A stretch of DNA of 29,315 nt from Octopus sinensis (lineage: Eukaryota). Position numbers and translations under genes: made by a program. The DNA lies in contig NW_021836653.1 of assembly GCF_006345805.1 (NCBI RefSeq), positions 1 to 29,315 of the forward strand, read 5' to 3'. The stretch's first letter is position 1. Each line of letters starts with the position of its first letter. Positions 11,839-22,010 of the stretch are shown piece after piece. Below the pieces are notes generated by a model, which had not been told where the DNA came from, did no database searches, and saw only the letters and a program-made list of their open reading frames with translations.

Positions 11839-12012
11839 AGAAAGTTGTGGTGAAAGAGTACAGCGGAATTCACCCCCCACTAACCCACCGGAGCCTTGTG
11901 GTGCTTAGGTGTTTTTGCTCAAAAACACTCACAATGCCCGGTCTGGGAATCGAAACTGCGTTCTTACGACAGCGAGTCCACTATCCTAGCCACTGGGCCA
12001 TTGCGCCTCCAC
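11839..12012 (-). mobile_element. SINE family C head and core, interrupted by the family B insertion (remainder at ~11398-11430)
   Basis: Matches the uninterrupted copy at 15380-15556. Confidence 0.85.
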
Positions 12013-12755
12013 TGTTGCTGTTGTGAGAATGCTGCAAGTTTGGTAGTAATTGTTGCTGTTGCTGTGGTGGTGGTGGTGGTGGTGGTGGTGGTTTGGAGGT
12101 TTGCAGCTTTTTGTTGTAGGTTTGGTGTTTGTGCTGGTGCGTGATTATTTTAAGTTTTTTTTTCTTTCCACGTTTTGAGTTTTTCGTGGTGGAGCTATAT
12201 TTTCTAGCATTTACTTTTTACCACTCTTGGTAATCATTTGCCAATCTTTGGCTTCCTTCTTCGTCTTTCCGTCATACAACAATGACAGAAAGAGATAGGT
12301 GAATGCTGGTTGTAGCACGCAACGCGCGTGTGCATTTTTGTCATCGCTTTTTTTTTTTCTTTTTTGAGTCCTTTTGATCTTGCTACAGCTTTTGTGCTGT
12401 TGCCTTGATTGGTAATATATTGTAGTAGGACGTCAGCAGCAAATGAGTTTTAGTTATTATTGCCAGAGGACAGAAAGCCTCCTGACGGCTAGTGCTCTGC
12501 CACAAAACTAATCACCAACTCATATATAAGACAATCAAGAAGTAACGAAATTGGGAAAGCATTCACGCTGATAAAACTGCCACGAGAGAGGTGTTCGCTA
12601 AACCAGCAAACCAACCAGCAAACCATTTCAGTCTGGCTGATATTATATATATATATATATATATATCTATATAAATGAACAATGGCTATGGGCTCCGTGT
12701 GGGCAGTCATCTAAACGTTTTTTGTGCATCTGATGCTGACATAAGTTCCCCTTGC

Positions 12756-12837
12756 TTTTCTGATGAGAAGGCGGCATAATGCACCCCTTATTCCTTCGAA
12801 ATTAGGAATATGCAGCCTTCGAAACATATGTCGAAAA
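12756..12837 (+). ncRNA. Type I hammerhead ribozyme motif with long stem II
   Basis: TTTT-CTGATGA-GAAGGC...GCCTTC-GAA-AC-ATAT-GT-C-GAAAA: intact core, G10.1-C11.1 pair, GUC triplet, palindromic stem III ACATATGT, short stem I (one G-U pair). Confidence 0.75.
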
Positions 12838-13082
12838 TAAATAAAGGAATTTTGTTAATTCGTTGTTCAACTCCATTCTTTCATTTATTTGTTTTTAAAA
12901 AAAAACACACCAATTTTCCACACCACACGATAGCACGTGATCTCTGCCCTACTGCATGTAGCTTCACCGTGGTTTTTTCTGACGTGAATTTGCTACCAGT
13001 ATCGGTTAACCGAATATCCATAATAATAAGAAATTCATTCAACTACTACTCATATATATATATATATATATATACACACACC

Positions 13083-13280
13083 ACACACACAAAAACCTCT
13101 AGATTCACTTTAACATTTAAATTTAATTTGTCAAAATATTTTCGGCGCTTTGAAACTGCGACCTGTTCACTGACAAAATTCCGTGTTAGTGAGCCGATCG
13201 CGGTTTCCAGGCGACGAAAATATTTTGTCAAAAAAGTCAATTTGAATGTTCAAATGAATCTAACTGTTTTTGTGTGTTTG
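13083..13280. repeat. ~200-bp imperfect palindrome (MITE-like foldback)
   Basis: Nested complementary blocks CACACAAAAAC/GTTTTTGTGTG, TAGATTCA/TGAATCTA, CAAAATATTTTCG/CGAAAATATTTTG, GAAACTGCGA/TCGCGGTTTC, TCACTGACA/TGTTAGTGA. Confidence 0.85.
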
Positions 13281-13378
13281 TAAATGGCTTATAAACACCT
13301 TCCTGGCTGGAATTCTATTTGTTTCAGCACACGATCTCCGGCCAAGTCACTTGCTATATAAGTATATCTCCATTATAC

Positions 13379-13409
<31 letters not shown>

Positions 13410-13410
13410 T

Positions 13411-13612
13411 TCTTTTATTCTTTTATTTGTTTCAGTCATTTGACTTCGGCCGTACTTGGGCACCGCCCTAAAGGGTTTTAGTCGAAGAAATTGACCTCAG
13501 GACTTATTCTTTGTAAGCCTTTGTCGGTCTCTTTTTCCAGACCGCTAAGTTACGTGGACATAAATACTCCAGCATCAGTTGTCAAGTGATGGAGGGAGTG
13601 CATAAACACAAA
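13411..13612 (-). mobile_element. SINE family A 3' half
   Basis: TTTGTTTCAGTCATTTGAC...ACCGCTAAGTTACG; small deletion near the AGTACT site. Confidence 0.8.
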
Positions 13613-13740
13613 CACACACGCACACACACACAGACACACACACACATACACACACGCACGAACACACACACACACACACACAGAGGAGAGTGATTTATTC
13701 ACATCCAAAACATTTTTATTAAATTGTCTTCTACAGAATA

Positions 13741-13838
13741 TTCTTATATTTACTTCAGTCATTTGTTGCGGCCATGCTGGAGCACCGCCTTTTAGTTGAG
13801 CAAATTGACCCCAGAACTTATTCTTTGTAAGCTTAGTA
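13741..13838 (-). mobile_element. SINE family A tail fragment
   Basis: CAGTCATTTG...GCGGCCATGCTGGAGCACCGCC...ACTTATTCTTTGTAAGCTTAGTA. Confidence 0.8.
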
Positions 13839-14380
13839 AATTAATTTGGGATCTAAAAGACCACAATAAACAGTTTAATTTAGATTGGTTGATTCTCTCA
13901 ATCTCGATACCTTATGACAAAGGCAAGGAATTCTGTCTTCTTTGTAATTATGAACTATTTTTATTCTTTTTTCTAAAACTCCCCTTGTAAACGTTATATA
14001 TAATTTAAGCATTAATTTTCTATTTACATTCCACATTCACTAGATATATATATTTTCCTAGTCTATAATATACACATAGTCATATACTTCTCATTTATTT
14101 AGTTTTTCTTTACTTTATCCCTCCTCTTTCTTTAGGCTACCTCTGACGTTATATACTATAACGTTTTTTTGAAACAATATTAATAGCGTTCAGTTAATCA
14201 CTATACATATCCATCATTTCCTGTTAAAATGTCTTATTGACGAGTTTCACTTCTTCACTTCCCTGAAGAGAAGATTACATTGTTTTACACCATTTTATTC
14301 CTTTGGAATAATATCAATATCTTCGAAACATGTGTCGGAAGTAAAAGAATTTGAATAACACCTGCGTTAAACTCCATTTA
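13835..14380 (+). mobile_element. Penelope-like element 3' part: GIY-YIG C-terminus (13835-13990), 3' UTR and hammerhead-bearing terminal repeat
   Basis: SKLIWDLKDHNKQFNLDWLILSISIPYDKGKEFCLLCNYE matches the PLE endonuclease tail pattern (SKxIWxLKD...W.IL...PY..G...CxLC..E); hammerhead ~270 bp after the stop. Confidence 0.78.
14257..14342 (+). ncRNA. Type I hammerhead ribozyme motif with long stem II
   Basis: ACTTCC-CTGAAGA-GAAGAT...ATCTTC-GAA-ACA-TG-TGT-C-GGAAGT: perfect 6-bp stems I and II, intact core, GUC triplet. Confidence 0.85.
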
Positions 14381-14688
14381 TATACATATATATACCAGTG
14401 GACAAACGACAGACGGGCACCCTCCCCCTCTTTCTCTTTTTCTCTCTCTCTGTCTCTATTCTGTCTTTTCGCTTTTCAAAAAATTGCTTCTCCCGGCGTT
14501 CACTATTTTCCTCTCGTTCTGGTCTAACGACCCTCCATGTTTGTTTTCGTTCGGTTTCCTTGTGTGTCCCACTGTCATTTTTGTTCCCAACTTTCACCCT
14601 CCAAAAATCCTAAATTATATTTTAGAATTTATCGGAGCAACTGTCTTTGAAGACTCACATTGTCGTTGAATGCTCAAATGAGGAGTAG

Positions 14689-14740
<52 letters not shown>

Positions 14741-14750
14741 TGATAATAAT
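14689..14750. repeat. (AAT)n microsatellite
   Basis: Direct inspection. Confidence 0.95.
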
Positions 14751-14759
14751 TACATCGAA

Positions 14760-14922
14760 AAATACCTTAGGGATAAGAACCTAGGTTCGAAATTTCCCCA
14801 ATACACATAATGAAGGCTGGGTATATCAGCCGAAACGTTGTGTTAACAACAAACAAGATGAGGACAAATATCCGTCAAATGTAAATAATGTACATAATTC
14901 TTCATCTCTTAAATATAGAAAC
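14760..14922 (+). mobile_element. Short repeat with a degenerate minimal hammerhead at 14803-14843
   Basis: ACAC-ATAATGA-A-GGCTG-GGTATAT-CAGCC-GAAAC-GTT-GTGT: stems I and II perfect, core has C3A and G5A, so this copy is probably inactive. Confidence 0.6.
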
Positions 14923-14930
14923 TGGAACAT

Positions 14931-15175
14931 GAGAGTATCCTGGCCACATGCGAATGTTCTGGCAACGTGAGAGTTGCCTCGCTACATGAATAATTCGGCC
15001 ACATGGAGTGTTTTGATCACATGAAAAAGTCTTGGTCACATGAGACGGTCTCAACATATGATGGTGTTCCGACAACGTGGCAATATCCTTGTCACATGAC
15101 GTTCCATTGATAAGGGAATTTTTTTTTACCTCTTGAGAGTGTGCTGGCCACACGTGACTGTCCTGGTTACATATG
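14931..15175. repeat. Degenerate 17-19-bp tandem repeat, consensus ~GAGAGTGTTCTGGCCACAT (~11 units)
   Basis: Units start at 14931, 14950, 14969, 14988, 15005, 15023, 15042, 15060, 15079 and ~15135. Confidence 0.75.
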
Positions 15176-15186
15176 ATGGAAGCACT

Positions 15187-15556
15187 CCGTCGGTTACGAT
15201 GATGAGGGTTCCGGTTGATCCGAATCAACGGAACAGCATGCTCGTGAAATTAACGTGTAAGTGGCTGAGCACTCCACAGACACGTGTACCCTTAACGTAG
15301 TTCTCGGGGATATTCAGCATGACATAGAGAGTGACAAGGCCGGCTTTTTGAAATACAGGTACAACAGAAACAGGATGTAAGAGTGAGAGAAAGTTGTGGT
15401 GAAAGAGTACAGCAGGGATTACCACCATCCCCTGCCAGAGCCTCGTAGCTTTAGGTGTTTTCGCTCAAAACACTCAAACGCCCGGTCTGGGAATCGAAAC
15501 CGCGATCTTATGATCGCGAGTCCGCTGCCCTAACCACTGGGCCATTGCACCTCCAC
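15187..15556 (-). mobile_element. SINE family C, near full length, with 3' stem-loop tail
   Basis: Head GTGGAGGTGCAATGGCCCAGTGGTTAGGG; tail hairpin GTTCC.GTTGAT-CCGA-ATCAAC-GGAAC near 15203-15229. Confidence 0.85.
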
Positions 15557-15964
15557 TGGTTACATATATATATATATATTGTGGCTACATGATAATGTCT
15601 TAGCTACACGAGATTGGTCTGACCACTAGAACAACCTAAAGTGATGAGGACAGGATACGAACTTTGTCCACTCCTATCAACTCTTGTTTTATATCTTTCT
15701 GTACCACTTGTTCAATCTCATTGAGATTCTGTACAGGCGATGTTGAAAATATAATGAGAGAGAGAGAGAGTGGGGGGAGTAGAATGTACAGGACTGCTCC
15801 AGCAGGTCACTAAATACTTGATCTGAATATGTGATACATTTACCGAGAAGTTGTTCAACAGGAACTGTTTAGAATTAATTCTAGAAATAACTACACTGCA
15901 AACAAGATTATTAGATTAAAGTTTATTAAGTACATCTGTCCTTGTTTGTCACAGGGCTTGGTTC

Positions 15965-16420
15965 CCCTATCCCACCCTCTATGGGAAAAAATCAGTGATA
16001 AGTGAATCAGCGATAAATGAATCATCTCTAAGGATTTTGTGACTGGAATGAATGGTAGATTCATTGACACCAAACTCGCAACCTTCATCGACGAAGCTTC
16101 CTCTGTCATGTATTTTCGTGATCTCATCCTTTTCCTGTAGAGAAATACATTCATGTGTCGTTTGTTAGATTTAGGTGTTTTCTTATCTCTTATGTTCACT
16201 AGTCCCATATTGGTGGATACGAGTACGTAAATCCGTATTTGAAAAATACGCTGTCTCGCAGAGAAGTTATGTAAGCACAAAACATAGTCATACATTCAGG
16301 GAAGCTGGGCATTGTGGACTATCACTGGGACACGTTTCTGCAGATCACGCAGAACCTTTGACTGATCGCCGAACTGTGTTGTCATAGGTTAATCCGTGAT
16401 AAGTGCAACATGATTTACAA
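15965..16420 (-). pseudogene. pogo/Tigger-like DNA transposon relic (N-terminal CENP-B-type HTH, ~16208-16025)
   Basis: MG...PKSNKRHMNV/SLQEKDEITKIHDRGSFVDEGCEFGVNESTIHSSHK (one frameshift) resembles the Tigger SLxEKxEI...G.S...FGVNESTI motif; GTGATAAGTG/GCGATAAATG terminal-type motifs at ~15990-16020 and ~16400. Confidence 0.7.
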
Positions 16421-16452
16421 TTGAGCATACCGTAATACTCTGCGATAGTATT

Positions 16453-16925
16453 TATTTCTTTATTGTCCACAGGGGGCTAAAAATAGAGAGAACAACAAAA
16501 AAAGTGATTAAGTCGATTACATCGACCCCAGTGCATAACTGGTACTTATTTAATTGAAGGCGGCGAGTTGGCTGAAGCGTTAGCACGCTGAGGGAAATGC
16601 TTCGCGGTATTTCTTCTGCGTTACGTTGTGAGTTCAAATTCCGCCGAGGTCGACTTTGCCTTTCATCCTTTCGGGGTCGATAAATTAAGTACCAGTTACG
16701 CACTGGGGTCGATGTAATCGACTTAATACCTATGTCTGTCCTTGTTTGTCCCCTCTGTGTTTAGCCCCTTGTGGGTAATAAAGAAATAGGTACTTATTTA
16801 ATCGACCCCGAAAGGATGACAGGCAAAGTCGACTTTGGCTGAATTTGAACTCAGAACGTAACGGCAAACGAAATGTCGCTAAGTATTTCCCCTGGGGTGC
16901 TAAAGATTCTGCCAGCTCGCCGCCC
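16453..16925 (-). mobile_element. SINE family B (host copy), split into 16453-16554 and 16789-16925
   Basis: The halves join into a full minus-strand copy once the insert and one TSD are removed. Confidence 0.88.
16555..16788 (+). mobile_element. SINE family B nested in the opposite orientation
   Basis: 14-bp TSD GGTACTTATTTAAT at 16541-16554 and 16789-16802. Confidence 0.92.
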
Positions 16926-17196
16926 TTTTAGTATTGGATGAATAAAAGAATGAACGCGGCTAGATATTTATAGCCATGCAGTTTAAAATTTCCCTTCACA
17001 TTGAGATCGAAAGGTTCTGCATTCGATATCAATGCGTAGAACCATGGGAAAAGTGTATAAACTGCGGCTTCGATTAACAATGTCTTGTAAGTCGATTCCA
17101 ATTTCTCTAGTTTTGGATCACCTTGATAACGTTTGTTAACATAAGTTTTCGGAAATATTAATTTAATATATTTTATATATATATATATATAGTATA

Positions 17197-17228
<32 letters not shown>

Positions 17229-17299
17229 TATATATATTATATATATAATATAATATATATAATATTATATTTATATAATTTCATGTATATATATATATA

Positions 17300-17361
17300 A
17301 TATAGAGAGAGAGATAGAGAGAGATAGGTAGGTAGTAGATAGATAGATAGATAGATAGATC

Positions 17362-17394
<33 letters not shown>

Positions 17395-17473
17395 GGCAGA
17401 CAAACAGACAGACAGATATACATGTATACATACATATAACATATGTGTGTGTGTGAATGAGTGAGAGAGAGAG

Positions 17474-17504
<31 letters not shown>

Positions 17505-17550
17505 CTGTGTGTAGGTGTGTGTTTGTGCGTGTGTGTGTGCGTGTGTTAAT
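17300..17550. repeat. (GA)n/(GATA)n/(TG)n compound microsatellite
   Basis: Direct inspection. Confidence 0.9.
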
Positions 17551-17802
17551 ACCATAAAAACAATTGTCAGCTTTTTTAAGGTGGATTCTACAATAAAGAT
17601 GTACTTGTAAAATTCTCTGAATGTCTCGAAATTCTTGTAAACGATATTTGGATCTACTTGTCGTACATGAGGATTTACCTTGGATGTGCATTCTACTTAC
17701 CTTTACTGGTGTCTGTTGGACATTGTTAACCATATTCTTTTAAATCTGAGTGCTTTATTTATATCTGCCTGGATTTTTTAATCCCTTGTTTCCCTTAGAC
17801 AT

Positions 17803-18110
17803 TGGAACAGCCATAACGTATTATTGAAGGTGAAAGTCGATATACATAAGTCGGTGGTTTTGATATCATTGCTTTATGGTGCTGAATCTTAGACGCTGTC
17901 CAGAAAGCACATGAACTAGCTTGATGCTTTTCATATGCGATGCTTGCGTACTATCTCCAACATAAAACCGAGTGACCATATTCGTAACAGTGAGGTGCTA
18001 ACAAAACGTAACAAATCAGATATTGAAGCCATCCTCATCAAAATACAGCTTAGATGGTCAAGATATCTCTCACGTATGAGTGATATCAGAATTACGAAGC
18101 AACTTCCTAG
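17803..18110 (+). pseudogene. RTE-clade LINE ORF C-terminal relic
   Basis: In frame: WNSHNVLLKVKVDIHKSVVLISLLYGAES*TL...LDAFHMRCLRTISNIKPSDHIRNSEVL...IQLRWSRYLSRMSDIRITKQL; the LLYGxExW and F..RCLR.I motifs are typical of RTE elements; two in-frame stops. Confidence 0.88.
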
Positions 18111-18501
18111 GTCTTGCGACAGAACGCAGAATCTAGCGCCAGGACTTTTTCTCCTCAGTTCAAAGATTTGAGCAAAGTCGACTCCAATATCGGGACCAAC
18201 TTCGTGCAAGAATAAAAGCACGCTACCAAAACGCTGCACCTATAAATGAAAACTTTATTTATCTGTCATTGTGATTTTGTGACACGAGACAAAGCGGGCC
18301 TTGCCGTCCACTAAAAAAACAAAACACATAGTAAATGATCCACAAGTACTCGAACAAACTGAGTCCTAAACTTGTTCCATTGCCAAAAGGTCTGCAGGGC
18401 ACCAGTAGGCTTCAAGAGACACATTCGTACCCATAGAACGTGATTACCACTTTATTTTACTGAGCACTCATTGTCGTCGTTCACGACGAAAGAACTCCAC
18501 C

Positions 18502-18567
<66 letters not shown>

Positions 18568-18630
18568 TATATATTTATATATATATATATATATATGTAT
18601 ATAAATACATAAATATATCTATATATATTT

Positions 18631-18661
<31 letters not shown>

Positions 18662-19214
18662 AATATATATATATATATACATATATATAATTTATATATA
18701 TTATATATAATATATATATAATATAATTATATATATAATTTTCTATCAAATAAGGATAAGATCGTTATTTTAAATAACGATCAAATCAAGTAGCAGCTGG
18801 GAAAGAAAATCCTTATAGGTTATAATTATTATAAAATATAAAAAGGGTATCTGAGAGATACCACCATGCTTGAAATAGCAGTCAAAACTTGACTCTAAAG
18901 ACCAACATCAAGTATTCAATACAGCACAAGGTGAAAAAACAAAAAGATAAATAAACTAGTGAAAATTGGATAATTCCAGACCCTGGGTTTCTGACTCTTT
19001 ATAAAAAATACTTTACCTTCGTCAATGAAATATGCCAAGAATTTTACACAATTACATATACATACGCACAAACATACGAATATTCACGAAAACGCACGCG
19101 TGTATAGATATATATATATATACGTGTATACAACGACCAGTTCAGTTATCCATCCAGACACCATATGCTGTATGGTCAAAATACCACCGCAGTGAATATA
19201 ATGACAAAGTGAAT

Positions 19215-19217
19215 ACA

Positions 19218-19259
<42 letters not shown>

Positions 19260-19740
19260 CACACATTCATGCGTTTATGCATGTATATATATACATAAAT
19301 ATAGTGAGTAAAAATATACATATATATAAACATATATATGTACATAGATGTATATATATATGTACATATATAGGCTTATATATATGCATATACATCCATA
19401 TTTATATGTATACACACAGAGACACACACACACACACATATATATACACACACACTGAAACTACACACGCATAACTTCGTTGTTCATATTTCCCCTTTAC
19501 GCCCACTTACCAATATATGTTTGTGCGTGTGTATGCATATATACATACACACATATGTATGTTTATATATATACATATATATATATACATATATGTATAT
19601 ATATATATATATATAGATATATATATATACACATATACATGTATATATATACATATATATATACATACATATATACATATATATATATATAGTTGTGTAT
19701 ATACATGTGCGTTGTGTGCTCACGAGCGCATGTGTGTATG
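19215..19740. repeat. (CA)/(TA)/(TATACA) microsatellite mosaic
   Basis: Direct inspection; a similar tract lies at 20210-20690. Confidence 0.85.
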
Positions 19741-19937
19741 TAATTTTTAAAGAAAATGTAACTACTCATAGATAAGTACCAAATCTATTTTCATAACAAG
19801 AAATCGATTATTTAATGGACATTCGATGCAAAATCAAGCTACATATTTATGATTGATTACTAGTGTGTCCGCTCTTGTATCTCTGAAGTTAAACAGTCCA
19901 GATTTCTCTTTTATCAATACGTAGATATATAGATATA

Positions 19938-19970
<33 letters not shown>

Positions 19971-19988
19971 ATATATAAATATATTATA

Positions 19989-20051
<63 letters not shown>

Positions 20052-21159
20052 TATATATATATCGTATCATTTACAATGTGTGTTTGTGTTGTTGTTGGTT
20101 GTTTGTTGTTGTTTTCAAAAATGCTATTTTTTTTCTCTTGGTCTGGTGTGGCATTTGACTGGGTATGTATACGTTAGCCGAGTTTACGAATAATGTATTA
20201 TTACAATTACAAATACATTTACACATATACACACAGACAAAATCATACACACACATACACACACATGTATTCATACATACATACATACAAGGACATACAT
20301 GCAAGCATAGGCACATACATATACACATACATACGTATACATGCATAAAAACATATACATACACGTATACATACAAATACAGACACATATACACTCATTC
20401 ATACATTCATAATGCATACATACATATATCTACAAAAATGTATAAGCACATACATACAGACACACATGCATACTTACATGCATACGCACGTATATGCATA
20501 CATACAAATACACATACGTACATACACATACACACATCATACAGACACTCCTACACACATACATACGCACATACTTATATACATACATATACCCACACAC
20601 GTACGCGTATACATATATATATGCATACATCTATACGCACGTCCGTACACACAAGCACACATACATACATGAACACATTCATACACATACAATAATATTA
20701 TATTTGCAAGATACTAGTGTTTACAATACGAAGTAATAATGTACATCCCAAGTTCGATCCTACCACATGTATATCACGGACAAGTGTCTGTTACTATAAT
20801 CTCAGATCCACCCAAGCCGTGGGAGTGAAACTAAACAAACGGAAACTGTAAGGAAGCGCTTCGAAAGAACTGTATCTATGGGCATGTCTCATTTGTTTTC
20901 TGAAAATCAATTTTGTTTAGTAATACGTAAATAATTAATTGCAATTTGAAAATCACCACAACGCTTTTACTATAAGCAACTTCATATGCGTTTGTGTTGA
21001 CTCTGCAACACTGACGACATCCAGTTACACCGAAACGTACACGTTGCTATCAACAAAGATCTAAGTTTTTCTTTAACAATGACTACTGAGATGCTTTGAA
21101 ATTAATTATAAATTTCTTTATGAGCCACTAACATCTGTCACTGGTATTTGTCATATATA

Positions 21160-21959
21160 ACTGTGTGAGAGGTTGCAGAGAGATTAAATGTATCACTCAC
21201 AACAATTGAAAATCAGTTAAAATGTCTTGGGCTCGTTAAGAAGCTTGATATTTGGGTTCCACATCAATTGAAAGTGATCACTTAATATAACGAATCAATA
21301 TTTGCGATATGCATCTCAAACGCAATGAAATCGACCTTTTTTTGAAAAGAATCATCACTGGTAATGACAACTGGATTAACATCGATCGAAAACGATCATG
21401 TCCAAGCGTAATGGACCAGCACAAACCACACTGAAAGCTGAATTGCATAAAAAAGGTCATGCTGTCAATTTGGTGGGATTACAAAGGTGCTGTGTATTTT
21501 GAGCTGCTTCCAAGGAACCAAACAATCAATTCAGACATTTACTGTCAACAACTAATGAAACTGGAGAAAAAACGACTAGAATTAGCAAATGGTAAAGGAA
21601 TCGTGCTCCACCACGACAACGCTAGATTACACATGTCTTTGCTAACTCGTAGAAAGTTATTGGAGCGTGGTTGGGAAGTGATGTCACATCTACCATATAG
21701 CCCTGACCTTGCACCATCAGATTGTAGTTTGCAAAATTCTTTGAATGGTAAAACTTTCAATAATGATGATGACATGAAATCGCATTTGTTTCAGAAGTTC
21801 TATGAGCGCGGAATTATGAAGTTGCCAGAAAGATGGCAAAAGGTCATCGAAAGAAAATGGAAAATATATAATTGTTTAAAGTTATCATTCTTGTAAGGAA
21901 AAAATATTGACTGTTATTTCACGCTAAAAAACCGAAATTACTTTCTTACCAACCAAATA
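21160..21959 (+). mobile_element. mariner (DD34D) element, 5'-truncated; transposase pseudogene with 3' TIR
   Basis: VREVAERLNVS...KKLDIWVPHQL, ITGNDNW, then ORF 21459-21896 (WWDYKG, HHDNAR, YSPDLAPSD, LPERWQKV) with small deletions; ends GAAATTACTTTCTTACCAACCAAATA before (TA)n. Confidence 0.93.
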
Positions 21960-22010
21960 TATATATATATATATATATCATATATTATATATATTATTAT
22001 ATATAACATA

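Noticed and set aside
14143-14180. CTGACGTTATA-TAC-TATAACG...GAAAC in the PLE 3' UTR
   Set aside because: A real 8-bp hairpin (14146-14164), but it consumes the would-be core and does not fit hammerhead geometry.
14931-15175. CRISPR-like array
   Set aside because: Units are contiguous and degenerate with no unique spacers; eukaryotic context and no cas genes.
15641-15674. GTGATGA-GGACA...TGTCC
   Set aside because: A stem is present but C3 and GAAA are missing.
16175-16270. Possible plus-strand exon (VFSYLLCSLVPYWW...SY followed by GTAAGC)
   Set aside because: It overlaps the minus-strand Tigger-like relic, which explains the region better; no recognisable protein similarity.
17695-17750. 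Perfect minus-strand donor AG/GTAAGT
   Set aside because: No good acceptor or open frame upstream; isolated donor matches are expected by chance.
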